Below are positions 55,016 to 64,000 of a stretch of DNA of 64,000 nucleotides, one piece after another. The notes under the pieces were generated by a model that saw only the letters and a program-made list of their open reading frames with translations, was not told the DNA's origin and did not search any database. The stretch lies in contig JAMOUT010000079.1 in assembly GCA_027061995.1 (NCBI GenBank), forward strand, positions 14,098 to 78,097. The letters run 5' to 3'. Positions within the stretch are counted from its first letter, which is position 1; each line of letters begins with the position of its first letter. Source of the DNA: Candidatus Aminicenantes bacterium (GTDB lineage Bacteria > Acidobacteriota > Aminicenantia > JAMOAD01). A program made the translations under genes and the position numbers.

Positions 55016-55994
55016 ATTTTTTTAACCCGTTTAAAAGCTCCTCTACGCTTACAGTGGATGCCCCCATTTTCATTACCGTTAAAGCACCTGCCAGATTTGC
55101 AAGAAGGGCCGCTTTAAAAAAATTTTTTAAACTCAACCATGATAGTGTGTAAACTGATATAACAGTATCTCCGGCTCCCGTAACATCAACGATATTATTA
55201 TCTCCGAATATAGGGATGATTTTCGGAGTCTTTCCCGACTCAATGAGAATCATCCCCTTTGAACCTCTTGTTATTAACAAAGCTTCCGTTTTTAATTTAT
55301 TAAAAAGGTTAATCCCTTTTTTTATAATATCTGTTGTATAATTCAAATTTGATGAATTAATCAATTCGGATTCATTAGGAGTAGCGGATGTTATTGTTTT
55401 GAACTTCCGTAGGTTAAATCTTGAATCCACAAAAACAGGAGGGAAATTTTTTATATCTTTTTTTAATCTGTTAAAATCCGAAGGGGTAAACACCGAATAT
55501 CCGTAATCGGAAATAATGACAGCATCATAATTTTTTATTTTTTGTCCGATTCTTATTAAAAAATCCTTTTTTCTCCCTTTATAAATTTTATCTCTGTCTA
55601 ATCTGAATATCTGTTGTTTTTTTGTATTTTCCTTACCTGCAAGAAATCTTGTTTTAAGAGGGGTTTTAAAAATATTTTTTCTTATTATGTTGGAAGTATC
55701 AATCTTCCCGTTTTTCAGAAGTTTTATAATGTTTTTTCCCTCTTCATCATTCCCGATAATAGAAAAAACACCGACTTCAGCTCCAAGCTCATTAAGATTG
55801 TTTATTGTGTTTCCCGCTCCTCCCAATTTGTATTCGACAGAATCCTCGCTTAAAATCAGAACCGGAGCTTCTCTTGAGATTCTTGATGTTTTCGCATAAA
55901 CATATTTATCAAGGATTAAATCACCTATTACCATTATCTTAAGTTTTTTAAAATCAGTTATTGATTGTTTTAGTCTTTTCATAAGGTCAGACAC
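54975..55994 (-). CDS. Heptose-7-phosphate kinase (RfaE domain I / HldA, PfkB family)
   Basis: GDLILD.Y......RISREAPV, GGAGN, ISDYG, TPN..E, TRG..GM, DVTGAGDTV. Confidence 0.92.
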   Translation of the reverse strand: MSDLMKRLKQSITDFKKLKIMVIGDLILDKYVYAKTSRISREAPVLILSEDSVEYKLGGAGNTINNLNELGAEVGVFSIIGNDEEGKNIIKLLKNGKIDTSNIIRKNIFKTPLKTRFLAGKENTKKQQIFRLDRDKIYKGRKKDFLIRIGQKIKNYDAVIISDYGYSVFTPSDFNRLKKDIKNFPPVFVDSRFNLRKFKTITSATPNESELINSSNLNYTTDIIKKGINLFNKLKTEALLITRGSKGMILIESGKTPKIIPIFGDNNIVDVTGAGDTVISVYTLSWLSLKNFFKAALLANLAGALTVMKMGASTVSVEELLNGLKKYEDIILKTIAENS

Positions 55995-56832
55995 TTATAC
56001 CGGCTAAACAGGAACTCTTTAATTTCAGAACTTTCAACCATTTTTGCCTGCTTTCATCCGCTTTTCTTTTATATTCAGGGCTATTAAAATAATCAATTGT
56101 TCTTTTTCTTAACGGAAAAAGCTGGGAGCCACATTTCCAAGAATAATTTTTCCTCAGAAAACCGTATTTAATACAATTCTCATAAACAGCCCACGATAAA
56201 TGATAAAAACCAAGCTCTTCAATGAATTTTTGATAAACGGCTCTGAACTCCCCCTCTTTTTCAGGATTGGTAAATTTAAAATAATCTTTATACATCATTG
56301 CATTATGAAAAAATTGAGGTTTTGCTTGAATTCCATCAACTTTAAGATCTCGACCGAGTGCTCTGAAAAGTATATAGAGCTCTTTTTTGATTCCGAGGCC
56401 CGGAAACTTCTGCCCGGGGAGTTTCTTTTTCTCCGGAGTAAATGAAGCCTTTGGGTTTTGTAGCGTTAACCATTCAATAGTAAGATATTTGAGTCTTTCC
56501 GGTCCGAAAAAATCTATGTTATGCTGATGAGGTTCAAAATTTTCAATTGATACCAAAAGATCAACAATCAAATTATTTTTGTTTTTGTATTTATTGTAAA
56601 TAGTCAATCTTTGGGTTGAAACATCGGGGGATTCAAGATCTATCTTTAGTTCCGTAAACCCTATCTTATTAGCTTTTTTTACCAATCCTATTTTTTCGAT
56701 TATAAGGAACATCTCCTTTAAAGTATATTTTCCGAGAAAAAGGGAGGAGCCTTCGGTAAATTGTAACTGATTTATAATATCTTTTTCTGAAATTAACTGA
56801 ATGTCAATATCTTGATTATTTTTATCTTTCAT
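55987..56832 (-). CDS. Conserved hypothetical protein (EWL.LQNP...LPGQ..PGLG motif)
   Basis: 281-aa ORF at the head of the heptose operon; TTGAAC-17-TAAACT promoter 6 nt before the ATG. Confidence 0.75.
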   Translation of the reverse strand: MKDKNNQDIDIQLISEKDIINQLQFTEGSSLFLGKYTLKEMFLIIEKIGLVKKANKIGFTELKIDLESPDVSTQRLTIYNKYKNKNNLIVDLLVSIENFEPHQHNIDFFGPERLKYLTIEWLTLQNPKASFTPEKKKLPGQKFPGLGIKKELYILFRALGRDLKVDGIQAKPQFFHNAMMYKDYFKFTNPEKEGEFRAVYQKFIEELGFYHLSWAVYENCIKYGFLRKNYSWKCGSQLFPLRKRTIDYFNSPEYKRKADESRQKWLKVLKLKSSCLAGISV

Positions 56833-56914
56833 ATTGTAAGTTTACAACTTTATAAAAATTTGTTCAAGCTTTTCTATTTTTTACAAAAATAGGTATGTTT
56901 CGGATAAACTACAT

Positions 56915-57496
56915 TCATAAATAGCTAAAATAAAATAGTTTTAGTTCTTCCCTCTTTTTCATAATAAAATATCTTTCAATCAACCTTGTTTTTTCCTTTT
57001 CTCCAACTTTTATATATTGAAAATTTTTATTCCACTCCTGTTCTGTCTCTTCCTTTTTCTCATTAAAAAACAAATCTATTATTTCTCTGTCTATCTTATC
57101 ATCAAAACTCTCTTTATCATTATAGCTTGATTCTTTTAAATTGAACTGTCTATATTTTTCCCTGAAAGATTCAGATTCTATCAAATTTATTTGTTTATCA
57201 ATCTCTTCCAATCTATTATCATTGTTATCTGTTTGTTTAGATACTAATTTATCCCCCTTTTGTTTAAATTCTTTCTCAACTATCTTTTTAAAATACAATA
57301 GTGTCTTTTTTCTTCCCGCTTGTTCAAAACCTTTTCTTAAACTTTTTTTTATTATTGTCAAAGGGATTTTATTTTCTTCCCATTTTTTTATAAGATCAAT
57401 CTCAAGAGGGGATAAAAAATAACCTCTTTTTACTCTTGAAAGATATTCAAAAGCTATTTCATAAAAAAAATTCTCATCTCCCTTGTGTTTCGCCAT
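56915..57496 (-). CDS. Hypothetical protein, possible DnaD/DnaB-C-like domain
   Basis: RG..LSPLE..LI..W....IP...I...L motif; overlaps the coaX 3' end. Confidence 0.65.
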   Translation of the reverse strand: MAKHKGDENFFYEIAFEYLSRVKRGYFLSPLEIDLIKKWEENKIPLTIIKKSLRKGFEQAGRKKTLLYFKKIVEKEFKQKGDKLVSKQTDNNDNRLEEIDKQINLIESESFREKYRQFNLKESSYNDKESFDDKIDREIIDLFFNEKKEETEQEWNKNFQYIKVGEKEKTRLIERYFIMKKREELKLFYFSYL

Positions 57497-58154
57497 ATCT
57501 AATCAACCCTTCCAAGACAAGGTTTTCCGCAAATATCACCTTTTTAAAATATCTCATAAATTCTTTTCCATAACCACCCGTAAATATTAATTCGGTTTTA
57601 TCTTCTTTTGTATTTCGTATGGCTCTTCCAATTAAACCGATTATCGCATTTGTTATCCCTGAATCTATACAATCAAAGGTAGATTTTCCCAAACCGCCTA
57701 CAATATTGAAAACATGGTTTTTAAGTAGTGCTGTTTTATCTTCCAAGCATTTTGTTATTGTTAAAGGTCCGGGGAAGATCATACCACCGGAGTATCTGTT
57801 TTCGGAAGAAAGAAAATCAATGGTAATGGCTGTTCCGAAATCAACTATCAATACAGGGCTTCCGAATTTTTTATAAGCGCTGAAAATTGCTGCGACTCGA
57901 TCTTGTCCGAGAGATTTTAAATCATTATATTCAAAATCTATCTCCTCTATTTTCAAAGGATTTATATCAATAATTTTCCCGGATATTTTTTTTAAGACTT
58001 CATTTTTTTTATCAGGATTTACAGAAGATATGATTATTTTATCATCCTTTAAAAACGGGATTCTTTCGACTTCAGTATATTTTTTCACGGTTAATTCTTT
58101 TTCTTTGAAAAAACCTATCTTAACCGATGAATTACCTATGTCAATAGCAATCAT
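57474..58154 (-). CDS. coaX: Type III pantothenate kinase
   Basis: IDIGNS..K, SSV.P, LG.DR, VDFGTA.T.D, GG.I.PG, TGG. Confidence 0.93.
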   Translation of the reverse strand: MIAIDIGNSSVKIGFFKEKELTVKKYTEVERIPFLKDDKIIISSVNPDKKNEVLKKISGKIIDINPLKIEEIDFEYNDLKSLGQDRVAAIFSAYKKFGSPVLIVDFGTAITIDFLSSENRYSGGMIFPGPLTITKCLEDKTALLKNHVFNIVGGLGKSTFDCIDSGITNAIIGLIGRAIRNTKEDKTELIFTGGYGKEFMRYFKKVIFAENLVLEGLIRYGETQGR

Positions 58155-58879
58155 AACTCTATTTTTATAACCTCCCCTTCATAAATATTCTCCTCCTTAT
58201 CCTCTCTCCTTATTATTATCGAACCATCGTTATTATAGCCGATAAAAACAGCGTTAAATTTCTCTCTTCTTGTTTTTATAATGATCTTTTCTCCCTTTTT
58301 AAAACGGGAAAACTTTTCTGTTTCCAAAACAAGCTTTGAAACAGTTTCTTTTCCGTCCATGTTTATTTCTATTAACTTAAGAATTCGCTTAAGAATCGCC
58401 GTTGTTTGAAAAATTCTCTTTTTTAATATTTTCAGTGATGTCGCTTTGTCCCGAAGTTCTTCGGGAAAATCATCCCTATTATGATTGATATTTATTCCCA
58501 CCCCGATAATCAAAGATGTTTTTTCCCCTTTGTTTATTCCCTCCGATAAAATTCCGGATATTTTTTTCCCTTTTATATATATATCATTAGGCCATTGATA
58601 TTGAGGCAACAATTTTAATTCTTCAAAAAACCGCAAGAGAGCCAGGGTAATTATAAGGGGGAATAATCTTATTTCTTCATGCTCTATATCATGAATTAGA
58701 ATACTGAAGTATAACCCTTTTTCAGTTAGAGAAAACCACTCCCTTCCCCAACGACCTTTACCTTTTATCTGTTTTTTACACCTTAAAACAGTATATGAAG
58801 GATATGAATCTTTTTTCTCCTTTAAAAGTGTATTCGTAGAAGAGCATTTATCCAAATTAATTATATTGAAGCCGTGCAT
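58151..58879 (-). CDS. birA: Biotin-[acetyl-CoA-carboxylase] ligase (no HTH)
   Basis: SSTN, Q.KGKGRWGR.W.S, WPND, KK.SGIL.E, GVGIN. Confidence 0.93.
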   Translation of the reverse strand: MHGFNIINLDKCSSTNTLLKEKKDSYPSYTVLRCKKQIKGKGRWGREWFSLTEKGLYFSILIHDIEHEEIRLFPLIITLALLRFFEELKLLPQYQWPNDIYIKGKKISGILSEGINKGEKTSLIIGVGININHNRDDFPEELRDKATSLKILKKRIFQTTAILKRILKLIEINMDGKETVSKLVLETEKFSRFKKGEKIIIKTRREKFNAVFIGYNNDGSIIIRREDKEENIYEGEVIKIEL

Positions 58880-59457
58880 CAATTATGAATTATGATTTTC
58901 AGTCCCGCTTCAAGACAAAGACCACTTATATTGATATCTTGACCAAGAATCCTTGAAAAAGTTTTGAGGTTTTTGTATCTTACTCCTATAAAAAAACGGT
59001 TTTTGCCTTTAATGTCAACATTAATCCCCCCCCCGAAAACTATTACGAATTTTGAACCTGTGCTTGAATTTATAATACTGTTTTCTTTATAAAAATTATA
59101 AGAGGGCTCTATGGAGATATAGGGGGAAATATGAAAAATATATTCATTCTGAAAAATTGTCAAAGGTTCCACCCTTATATCGACGGAGATAGAACTTATT
59201 GAAAGAGAGAGGTCCTCTTTCGTGAAAGAGAGAAATCCCTTATCATTGTTTTTAGCATACATGCCAGCAATGGTTATCCCTTCGTAAGGAGATGTTCCTA
59301 TCCCGATTCCCCAACCATAGGAGATAGTTCCGTATAATGATTTGTATATCCCGTTTGAATGAGTGTTTAGTGAAGATTTAAACCATAAATCAATACCTCC
59401 GAAAGAGGGGTAAACAATAAAAAAAACAATTAAAATTAATAATACTTTTTTCCTCAT
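58879..59457 (-). CDS. Putative small outer-membrane beta-barrel protein
   Basis: Signal peptide; alternating beta-strand pattern, SPY, FGGG, terminal strand AGLKI; ATG at 59457 after TTGATT-17-TAAAAT. Confidence 0.65.
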   Translation of the reverse strand: MRKKVLLILIVFFIVYPSFGGIDLWFKSSLNTHSNGIYKSLYGTISYGWGIGIGTSPYEGITIAGMYAKNNDKGFLSFTKEDLSLSISSISVDIRVEPLTIFQNEYIFHISPYISIEPSYNFYKENSIINSSTGSKFVIVFGGGINVDIKGKNRFFIGVRYKNLKTFSRILGQDINISGLCLEAGLKIIIHN

Positions 59458-59665
59458 ATCCAATTTTAAGCTAATTTTTAATTAAAATCAAATATACTTT
59501 ATTCGTTGGATGCGGTTTATTTAAAACCGAAAAGTGTTGCGGTTTTACTCCTGTTTTCATGCTACTTCTCGTTCCTCTTTTAAATTACAGTCATTTCTTC
59601 ATTATTTTACCCTTATTTATCGGTTTTCACCCTTGTCCGGCGGGTTTTCGACGAATATAGGGAAA

Positions 59666-59694
59666 TTGCTATTTCTGATAAAATATAGTAAAAT
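59666..59694 (+). promoter_or_regulatory. Sigma70 promoter for the carD operon (leaderless)
   Basis: TTGCTA-17 nt-TAAAAT, 5 nt before the ATG at 59700. Confidence 0.6.
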
Positions 59695-59699
59695 ATAGT

Positions 59700-60215
59700 A
59701 TGAAAAATAACGGGAAATTAAAAATCGGCGAGATTGTCTTTTATCCACAGGTAGGATTAGGTAAAATAGATGATTTGATGCTTGAAGATGTTGACGGAAC
59801 AAAAAAAGAAGCATATGTTATAAGTTTTCTTGATAATAATTCAAAAGCTTTTGTTCCCGTTGATTCGGCTAATATTATGAATGTTAGAAAACTAATGGGA
59901 AAAACCGCTGTTAACGAGCTGTTTGATTTTCTTGAAAAAGGTCAAATAAAAGTTGAAAAAGATTGGAAGAAAAGACATAAGCTTCATAATGAACTTTTTA
60001 TTACGGGAGCGCCCGAAGATTTGGCTTTGATTTTAAAAAACCTGTTTTGGCTTGATAAAAAGAAAGGGCTTACAAAGAATGAACGAAAATTTATGGATAA
60101 AGTGAACTATCTTTTATCTATGGAGATTGCCACTGTCTTAAATAAAGATGTCGAGAGTATTAAAATTGAAATAAAACAAAAGATAGAAAAAAACTTCGGT
60201 AAAATAAAAAATTAA
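59700..60215 (+). CDS. carD: CarD-family RNA polymerase-binding factor
   Basis: GE.V.YP..G.G.I, VP......VR, conserved W (WKKR), E.K.......L..EI. Confidence 0.88.
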   Translation: MKNNGKLKIGEIVFYPQVGLGKIDDLMLEDVDGTKKEAYVISFLDNNSKAFVPVDSANIMNVRKLMGKTAVNELFDFLEKGQIKVEKDWKKRHKLHNELFITGAPEDLALILKNLFWLDKKKGLTKNERKFMDKVNYLLSMEIATVLNKDVESIKIEIKQKIEKNFGKIKN

Positions 60216-60219
60216 ATAA

Positions 60220-61485
60220 ATGATATCTTATCTTATTGTTTTTCTCTTTTTTTTATTATTAAGTGCCTTTTTTTCCTCTGCCGAAACAGCTTTAACAAGT
60301 ATTAATAAAAACAGAGTTGATTATCTTTCAAAAAAAAGATTAAAAAAAGCCATTATCTTAAAAAAACTTATTGAAAACCCCTCCGAATTTTTATCTACAA
60401 TATTGGTTGGAAATACACTTGTAAATGCGGCGTTAGCTTCAATTTCCACATATCTTATATCCTCTTTTCTGAAAAACAATGATTCCGCTGTTTTGTATTC
60501 AACAATAGGGGTAACAATCATTATCCTGATTTTTTCAGAAGTAACTCCGAAATCTTTTGCGGTTATATATCCTGAGAAGCTCTCCTTTTTATATGTTTAT
60601 TATATCCGATTTTTCAGAATCCTGTTTTTCCCGATAATTTTCATTTTAAACATCATATCAAAAATATTTCTTAAAAAGATTAAGATAAAGCAGGAGGAGG
60701 GTCCCCACATAGATGAAGCAACTTTAAATCTTTGGTTAAGAACAAAAAAAATAGATCTCGACTCAAGGAAAAAAGAGAAGCTGTTTTTAAGGTTTTTCAG
60801 CTTTTTTCAAAAAAGGGTCAAGGATATTATGATCACGAGGAAAGATGTTATCCTGATAAATATGGAATTATCAAACTCGCAGATTATGGATACAATAAGT
60901 AAATTTAGATTTTCAAGATATCCTGTGTATAAAGATAAAATTGATAATATCGTCGGTATTCTGCTTGCGAAGGATTTTATATATGATTATTATAATAAGA
61001 AAAGAGATTTTAGAATTAAGAAGATTATAAAAAAACCTATTTTTATACCCGAGTCTTCCCTCATTGATAATGCTTTAACTCTTTTAAGAAATAAAAGATC
61101 GCATATCGCCGTGGTTGTTGATGAATTCGGAAGTTTTGAGGGTATTATCACTCTCGAAGATATTGTGGAAGAGTTGACCGGAGAAATAGAAGATGAAAAA
61201 GATGAAAAACGGGATGAGGTTATAATAGAGAAAGAAAACGGTTGGATTATCAGTGGTGATGCAAGTATAAGGGATGTAATTATGGAAATTCCCGATTTTA
61301 AAATTCCTACTGACAGAGATTATTCAACAATATCAGGTTTTATACTTGATAGATTGGGAAAAATCCCCGAAGAAAAGGAATCATTTACTTATAATGATTT
61401 TTATATTAGAATTATTGAGATTGAAAACAATAAAATAATGAAGGTTCAGGTAGAGAAAAAGGATGAAAATATTATCAAAGAATAG
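60220..61485 (+). CDS. CNNM/CorB (TlyC hemolysin-like) transporter: DUF21, CBS pair and CorC domain
   Basis: SAFFSSAETA, STILVGN, SEVTPK, SRYPVY, VVDEFG...G..TLED..EE..GEI.DE. Confidence 0.92.
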   Translation: MISYLIVFLFFLLLSAFFSSAETALTSINKNRVDYLSKKRLKKAIILKKLIENPSEFLSTILVGNTLVNAALASISTYLISSFLKNNDSAVLYSTIGVTIIILIFSEVTPKSFAVIYPEKLSFLYVYYIRFFRILFFPIIFILNIISKIFLKKIKIKQEEGPHIDEATLNLWLRTKKIDLDSRKKEKLFLRFFSFFQKRVKDIMITRKDVILINMELSNSQIMDTISKFRFSRYPVYKDKIDNIVGILLAKDFIYDYYNKKRDFRIKKIIKKPIFIPESSLIDNALTLLRNKRSHIAVVVDEFGSFEGIITLEDIVEELTGEIEDEKDEKRDEVIIEKENGWIISGDASIRDVIMEIPDFKIPTDRDYSTISGFILDRLGKIPEEKESFTYNDFYIRIIEIENNKIMKVQVEKKDENIIKE

Positions 61486-61912
61486 GAAAGCATATAATGA
61501 TTATGAAATCATAGATAAATATGAAGCGGGTATTGAGCTTCTGGGCTCAGAGGTTAAATCGGCAAGAAGAGGAAGCTTTACCCTGAAAGACAGTTATTGC
61601 AGGATAAAAAATGGTGAAATTTTTCTTTATAATTCATATATAGCTCCTTACAAACCTGCCACATATAATAACCATGACCCTGAAAGGGTTAGAAAATTGT
61701 TGTTGCACAAAAGGGAGATATTAAAATTGCATAGTAAAGTTAAAGAGAGGGGACTAACGATTATCCCCTTAAAAGTTTATCTGAATAAAAAAGGGCTTAT
61801 TAAAATTGAAATTGCACTTGCAAAAGGGAAACGGGAATACGAGAAAAAGCAGAGAATAAAAGAAAGAACCATTAAAAAAGAGATTGACCGATATTTAAAA
61901 AACAGATTTTAA
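61463..61912 (+). CDS. smpB: SsrA-binding protein
   Basis: NRKA..DY...EAGI.L.G.EVKS, R.RKLLLHK.EI, KGK..Y.K. Confidence 0.97.
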   Translation: MKILSKNRKAYNDYEIIDKYEAGIELLGSEVKSARRGSFTLKDSYCRIKNGEIFLYNSYIAPYKPATYNNHDPERVRKLLLHKREILKLHSKVKERGLTIIPLKVYLNKKGLIKIEIALAKGKREYEKKQRIKERTIKKEIDRYLKNRF

Positions 61913-62307
61913 TGATTTATAAAAAAATAAAATCATATTTTCTAAAAAAACAACTTGAAAAAACCATTAATCTTTCAAATAAAGAGATTGGAAAAAAAGG
62001 GGAATCCTTTGCTTCCTTGATTCTTGAACTCAAGGGTTATAGGATACTTAGCAGAAATTTAAGGATAGCCGGAGGAGAAATAGATATTCTTGCAGTCAAG
62101 GATGAATGTTTATATGTTTTTGAGGTAAAATTAAGAACTTCGGATAAATTCGGTGGTGCTTCCGAAGCCATAACTAAAAAGAAGAAGAGAAAATTAGGTA
62201 AAATAACGGATTTAATTAGTGATAAAAGATATAAAACCGTTCAATTAAAACTGTTTACTATTGACATCAAATCGGGTAAATTGTATTATGATATTATTGA
62301 TGTATAA
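61912..62307 (+). CDS. YraN family (UPF0102) putative endonuclease
   Basis: G..GE..A...L...GY.IL.RN....GEIDI.A......F.EVK.R. Confidence 0.88.
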   Translation: MIYKKIKSYFLKKQLEKTINLSNKEIGKKGESFASLILELKGYRILSRNLRIAGGEIDILAVKDECLYVFEVKLRTSDKFGGASEAITKKKKRKLGKITDLISDKRYKTVQLKLFTIDIKSGKLYYDIIDV

Positions 62308-62309
62308 TA

Positions 62310-64000
62310 ATGAATGATTATAAAAATAAATTTGAAAAGCTGATAAAATCTTACGATAAATTCAATGATCTTGAATTCAGATTATTATTAGAAGAATTAT
62401 TAAAAAGGGGGAAGAAAGATGCTGAGACAGAGTATGCGATAATATTAAAAAACAGAGAATTTACGATTGGTGTGAGATTAAATTTAATAAGGGTTGCCGG
62501 CTATATTAAAAGTTCTTTTTTCTTAATCCCTTTAAAAAATATTATTGATACTGAAAAAAACATTAATTTAAGAAAAGAGGCGATAATTGCCATAGCAAAA
62601 TACAATGATAAAAAAGCTCTTAATATCCTTTCCGATTCTTTAAAGAAAAACAGTGATAAAACATTAGAAAACATAATAAAACAAGAGATAGGTAAGATTA
62701 AAAAAGATAATCCGGTTATATCACTAATCCCTCAGTTTTTAAAAAGCACGGATAATAAAAAAGCTTATAATACTATTCTTAATGTTTTATGCAAAATAGT
62801 GACAAATTCTGATGCAAAAACATTTATTCCCTTTTTAAATAGTGAAGATAGATATATTGCGGAAGGTTCTTTTAAAATATTGTGTTACACGGGAGACAAA
62901 ACTATAGCAGGCTTCATTTTTAATTATTTTAAGAAAACAATAGGTGATATAGATTGTATAACCAAGATAAAATGCGACAGACTTTATGAAATAATAATAG
63001 TATTGCAGCAATACATCCTTAATAATCCCCCTGTTTTTGATCTTTTTTACCCTAAAATAAAAGAGATTTATGAGAAAATAATAGATATTAGAGTTAAGGA
63101 GCAGATAGTATTAATATATATATCAGGAAATAATAATAATGATATCTCTTTGATTTATAATAAAGAAAAGGATTTAAGAGGTTTTATTATAGAGAACTAT
63201 AAAAACAAAGATGAGGGTGTTGATTTTTTAATCGAAAAATTAAAAAATAATGGTGATTATATCGAAAATATAATAAATGTTCTAATTACAACTGAAAAAG
63301 GGAAAAAATATTTAGCCGGTAATTATAAAAAATTTGGTAATAAAGAAAGGATTATTATTTTAAATAACCTTAATTCTAATAATTATGATTATTTTCGGTT
63401 TTTGGTAAAAGACTCAATATTGTCGGATAATCCCATAATTACAAAGACAGCTTTAAGTAAAATAAAAGAGAATTATGATTATTCCGTTAAAGATTATCTG
63501 TTTGATTTTAAGAATAAAGAGAAATTCAAATCTTTTGAAGAGCTTTACCTTGACACTATTATATCTCTTTTTCCTTTAGAAGCTTTTATTTTTTTAATCA
63601 ATCTCATTAAGACCGAAAGTATGACACTAAAAAAACTTGGGAATTTTATAGCAAAACTCGGAATACTTTTAAACAAGAAACCTGTTATTAAAATCAGCAA
63701 AGATGATAAAAAAAGTATTATTGAATTCTTGAATCTCATATTAAGAACCAATAATTCCCCTTTATCAATTAATTTTATAAGCGGTTTTAAGAATATTGGA
63801 GTTATTGATGACGAGAGTTTTACGGTATTGAATGAGTTGGTTGAATATTATATCGGGAAAAGAATAAATAAGGGTAAGATGGAAGAGAGGAAAGAGTTAA
63901 AGAGATTTATTAATAATCTTAAAACAAATAAAGAGATTATAGATAAGATTAATCAAGGAGAGCTAAAACTAAGATTATTTTTTCAATCTTATGTAATAGA
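62310..64000 (+). CDS. HEAT-repeat protein, truncated by the window edge (absent from the ORF track)
   Basis: ATG at 62310 gives MNDYKNKFEKL...VRLNLIRVAGYI...NINLRKEAIIAIAKYNDKKALNIL; the same frame is open at the window end (…ELKLRLFFQSYVI); the middle was not translated codon by codon. Confidence 0.8.
   Translation, partial: MNDYKNKFEKLIKSYDKFNDLEFRLLLEELLKRGKKDAETEYAIILKNREFTIGVRLNLIRVAGYIKSSFFLIPLKNIIDTEKNINLRKEAIIAIAKYNDKKALNILSDSLKKNSDKTLENIIKQEIGKIKKDNPVISLIPQFLKSTDNKKAYNTILNVLCKIVTNSDAKTFIPFLNSEDRYIAEGSFKILCYTGDKTIAGFIFNYFKKTIGDIDCITKIKCDRLYEIIIVLQQYILNNPPVFDLFYPKIKEIYEKIIDIRVKEQIVLIYISGNNNNDISLIYNKEKDLRGFIIENYKNKDEGVDFLIEKLKNNGDYIENIINVLITTEKGKKYLAGNYKKFGNKERIIILNNLNSNNYDYFRFLVKDSILSDNPIITKTALSKIKENYDYSVKDYLFDFKNKEKFKSFEELYLDTIISLFPLEAFIFLINLIKTESMTLKKLGNFIAKLGILLNKKPVIKISKDDKKSIIEFLNLILRTNNSPLSINFISGFKNIGVIDDESFTVLNELVEYYIGKRINKGKMEERKELKRFINNLKTNKEIIDKINQGELKLRLFFQSYVI

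Noticed and set aside
22793-59749. Perfect DnaA boxes TTATCCACA at 22793 and 59741
   Set aside because: They are isolated and inside coding sequence, with no cluster and no dnaA/dnaN nearby, so this is not oriC.
61463-62310. tmRNA (ssrA) or an integrated element next to smpB
   Set aside because: There is no intergenic space and no GGGG...CCACCA tRNA-like ends. yraN follows smpB directly.
1-64000. CRISPR arrays, tRNA/rRNA, IS elements, prophage, recoded stop codons
   Set aside because: I saw no regularly spaced repeats, cloverleafs, or transposase, integrase or phage motifs. The conserved genes are full length under the standard code.

Overview
AT-rich (roughly 30% GC by eye), gene-dense chromosomal window from a diderm, probably anaerobic bacterium. 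It has LPS heptose genes, TolC/RND, acetate kinase, citrate-lyase-like genes and FTCD. Several hypothetical families resemble ones I recall from Acidobacteriota/Aminicenantes and deltaproteobacteria, but that taxonomy is inference only. Most of the window is core genome: nagB, endoQ, ackA, ftsK, rpsT, comEC, rarA, two SurA/PrsA-type PPIases, polA, smc, prsW, nnr, tsaE, lepB, pfkA, dgt, ftcd, citDE-citF, tetR-tolC-RND, hldA/hldC/heptosyltransferase, coaX, birA, carD, smpB and yraN. A HEAT-repeat gene missing from the ORF track runs off the right edge. I found no tRNA, rRNA, CRISPR array, transposase, integrase or phage genes. The most notable signals are: (1) a receptor-less HEAT-CheR-CheY module embedded in an ackA...OPT operon; (2) at least 8 genes with near-consensus sigma70 promoters placed 5-9 nt before the ATG and no Shine-Dalgarno, which suggests pervasive leaderless transcription; (3) a CitD-CitE fusion whose ACP domain appears to lack the canonical prosthetic-group serine, with no citC/G/X nearby; (4) several orphan signalling modules. 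None of these is proven novel without database searches.
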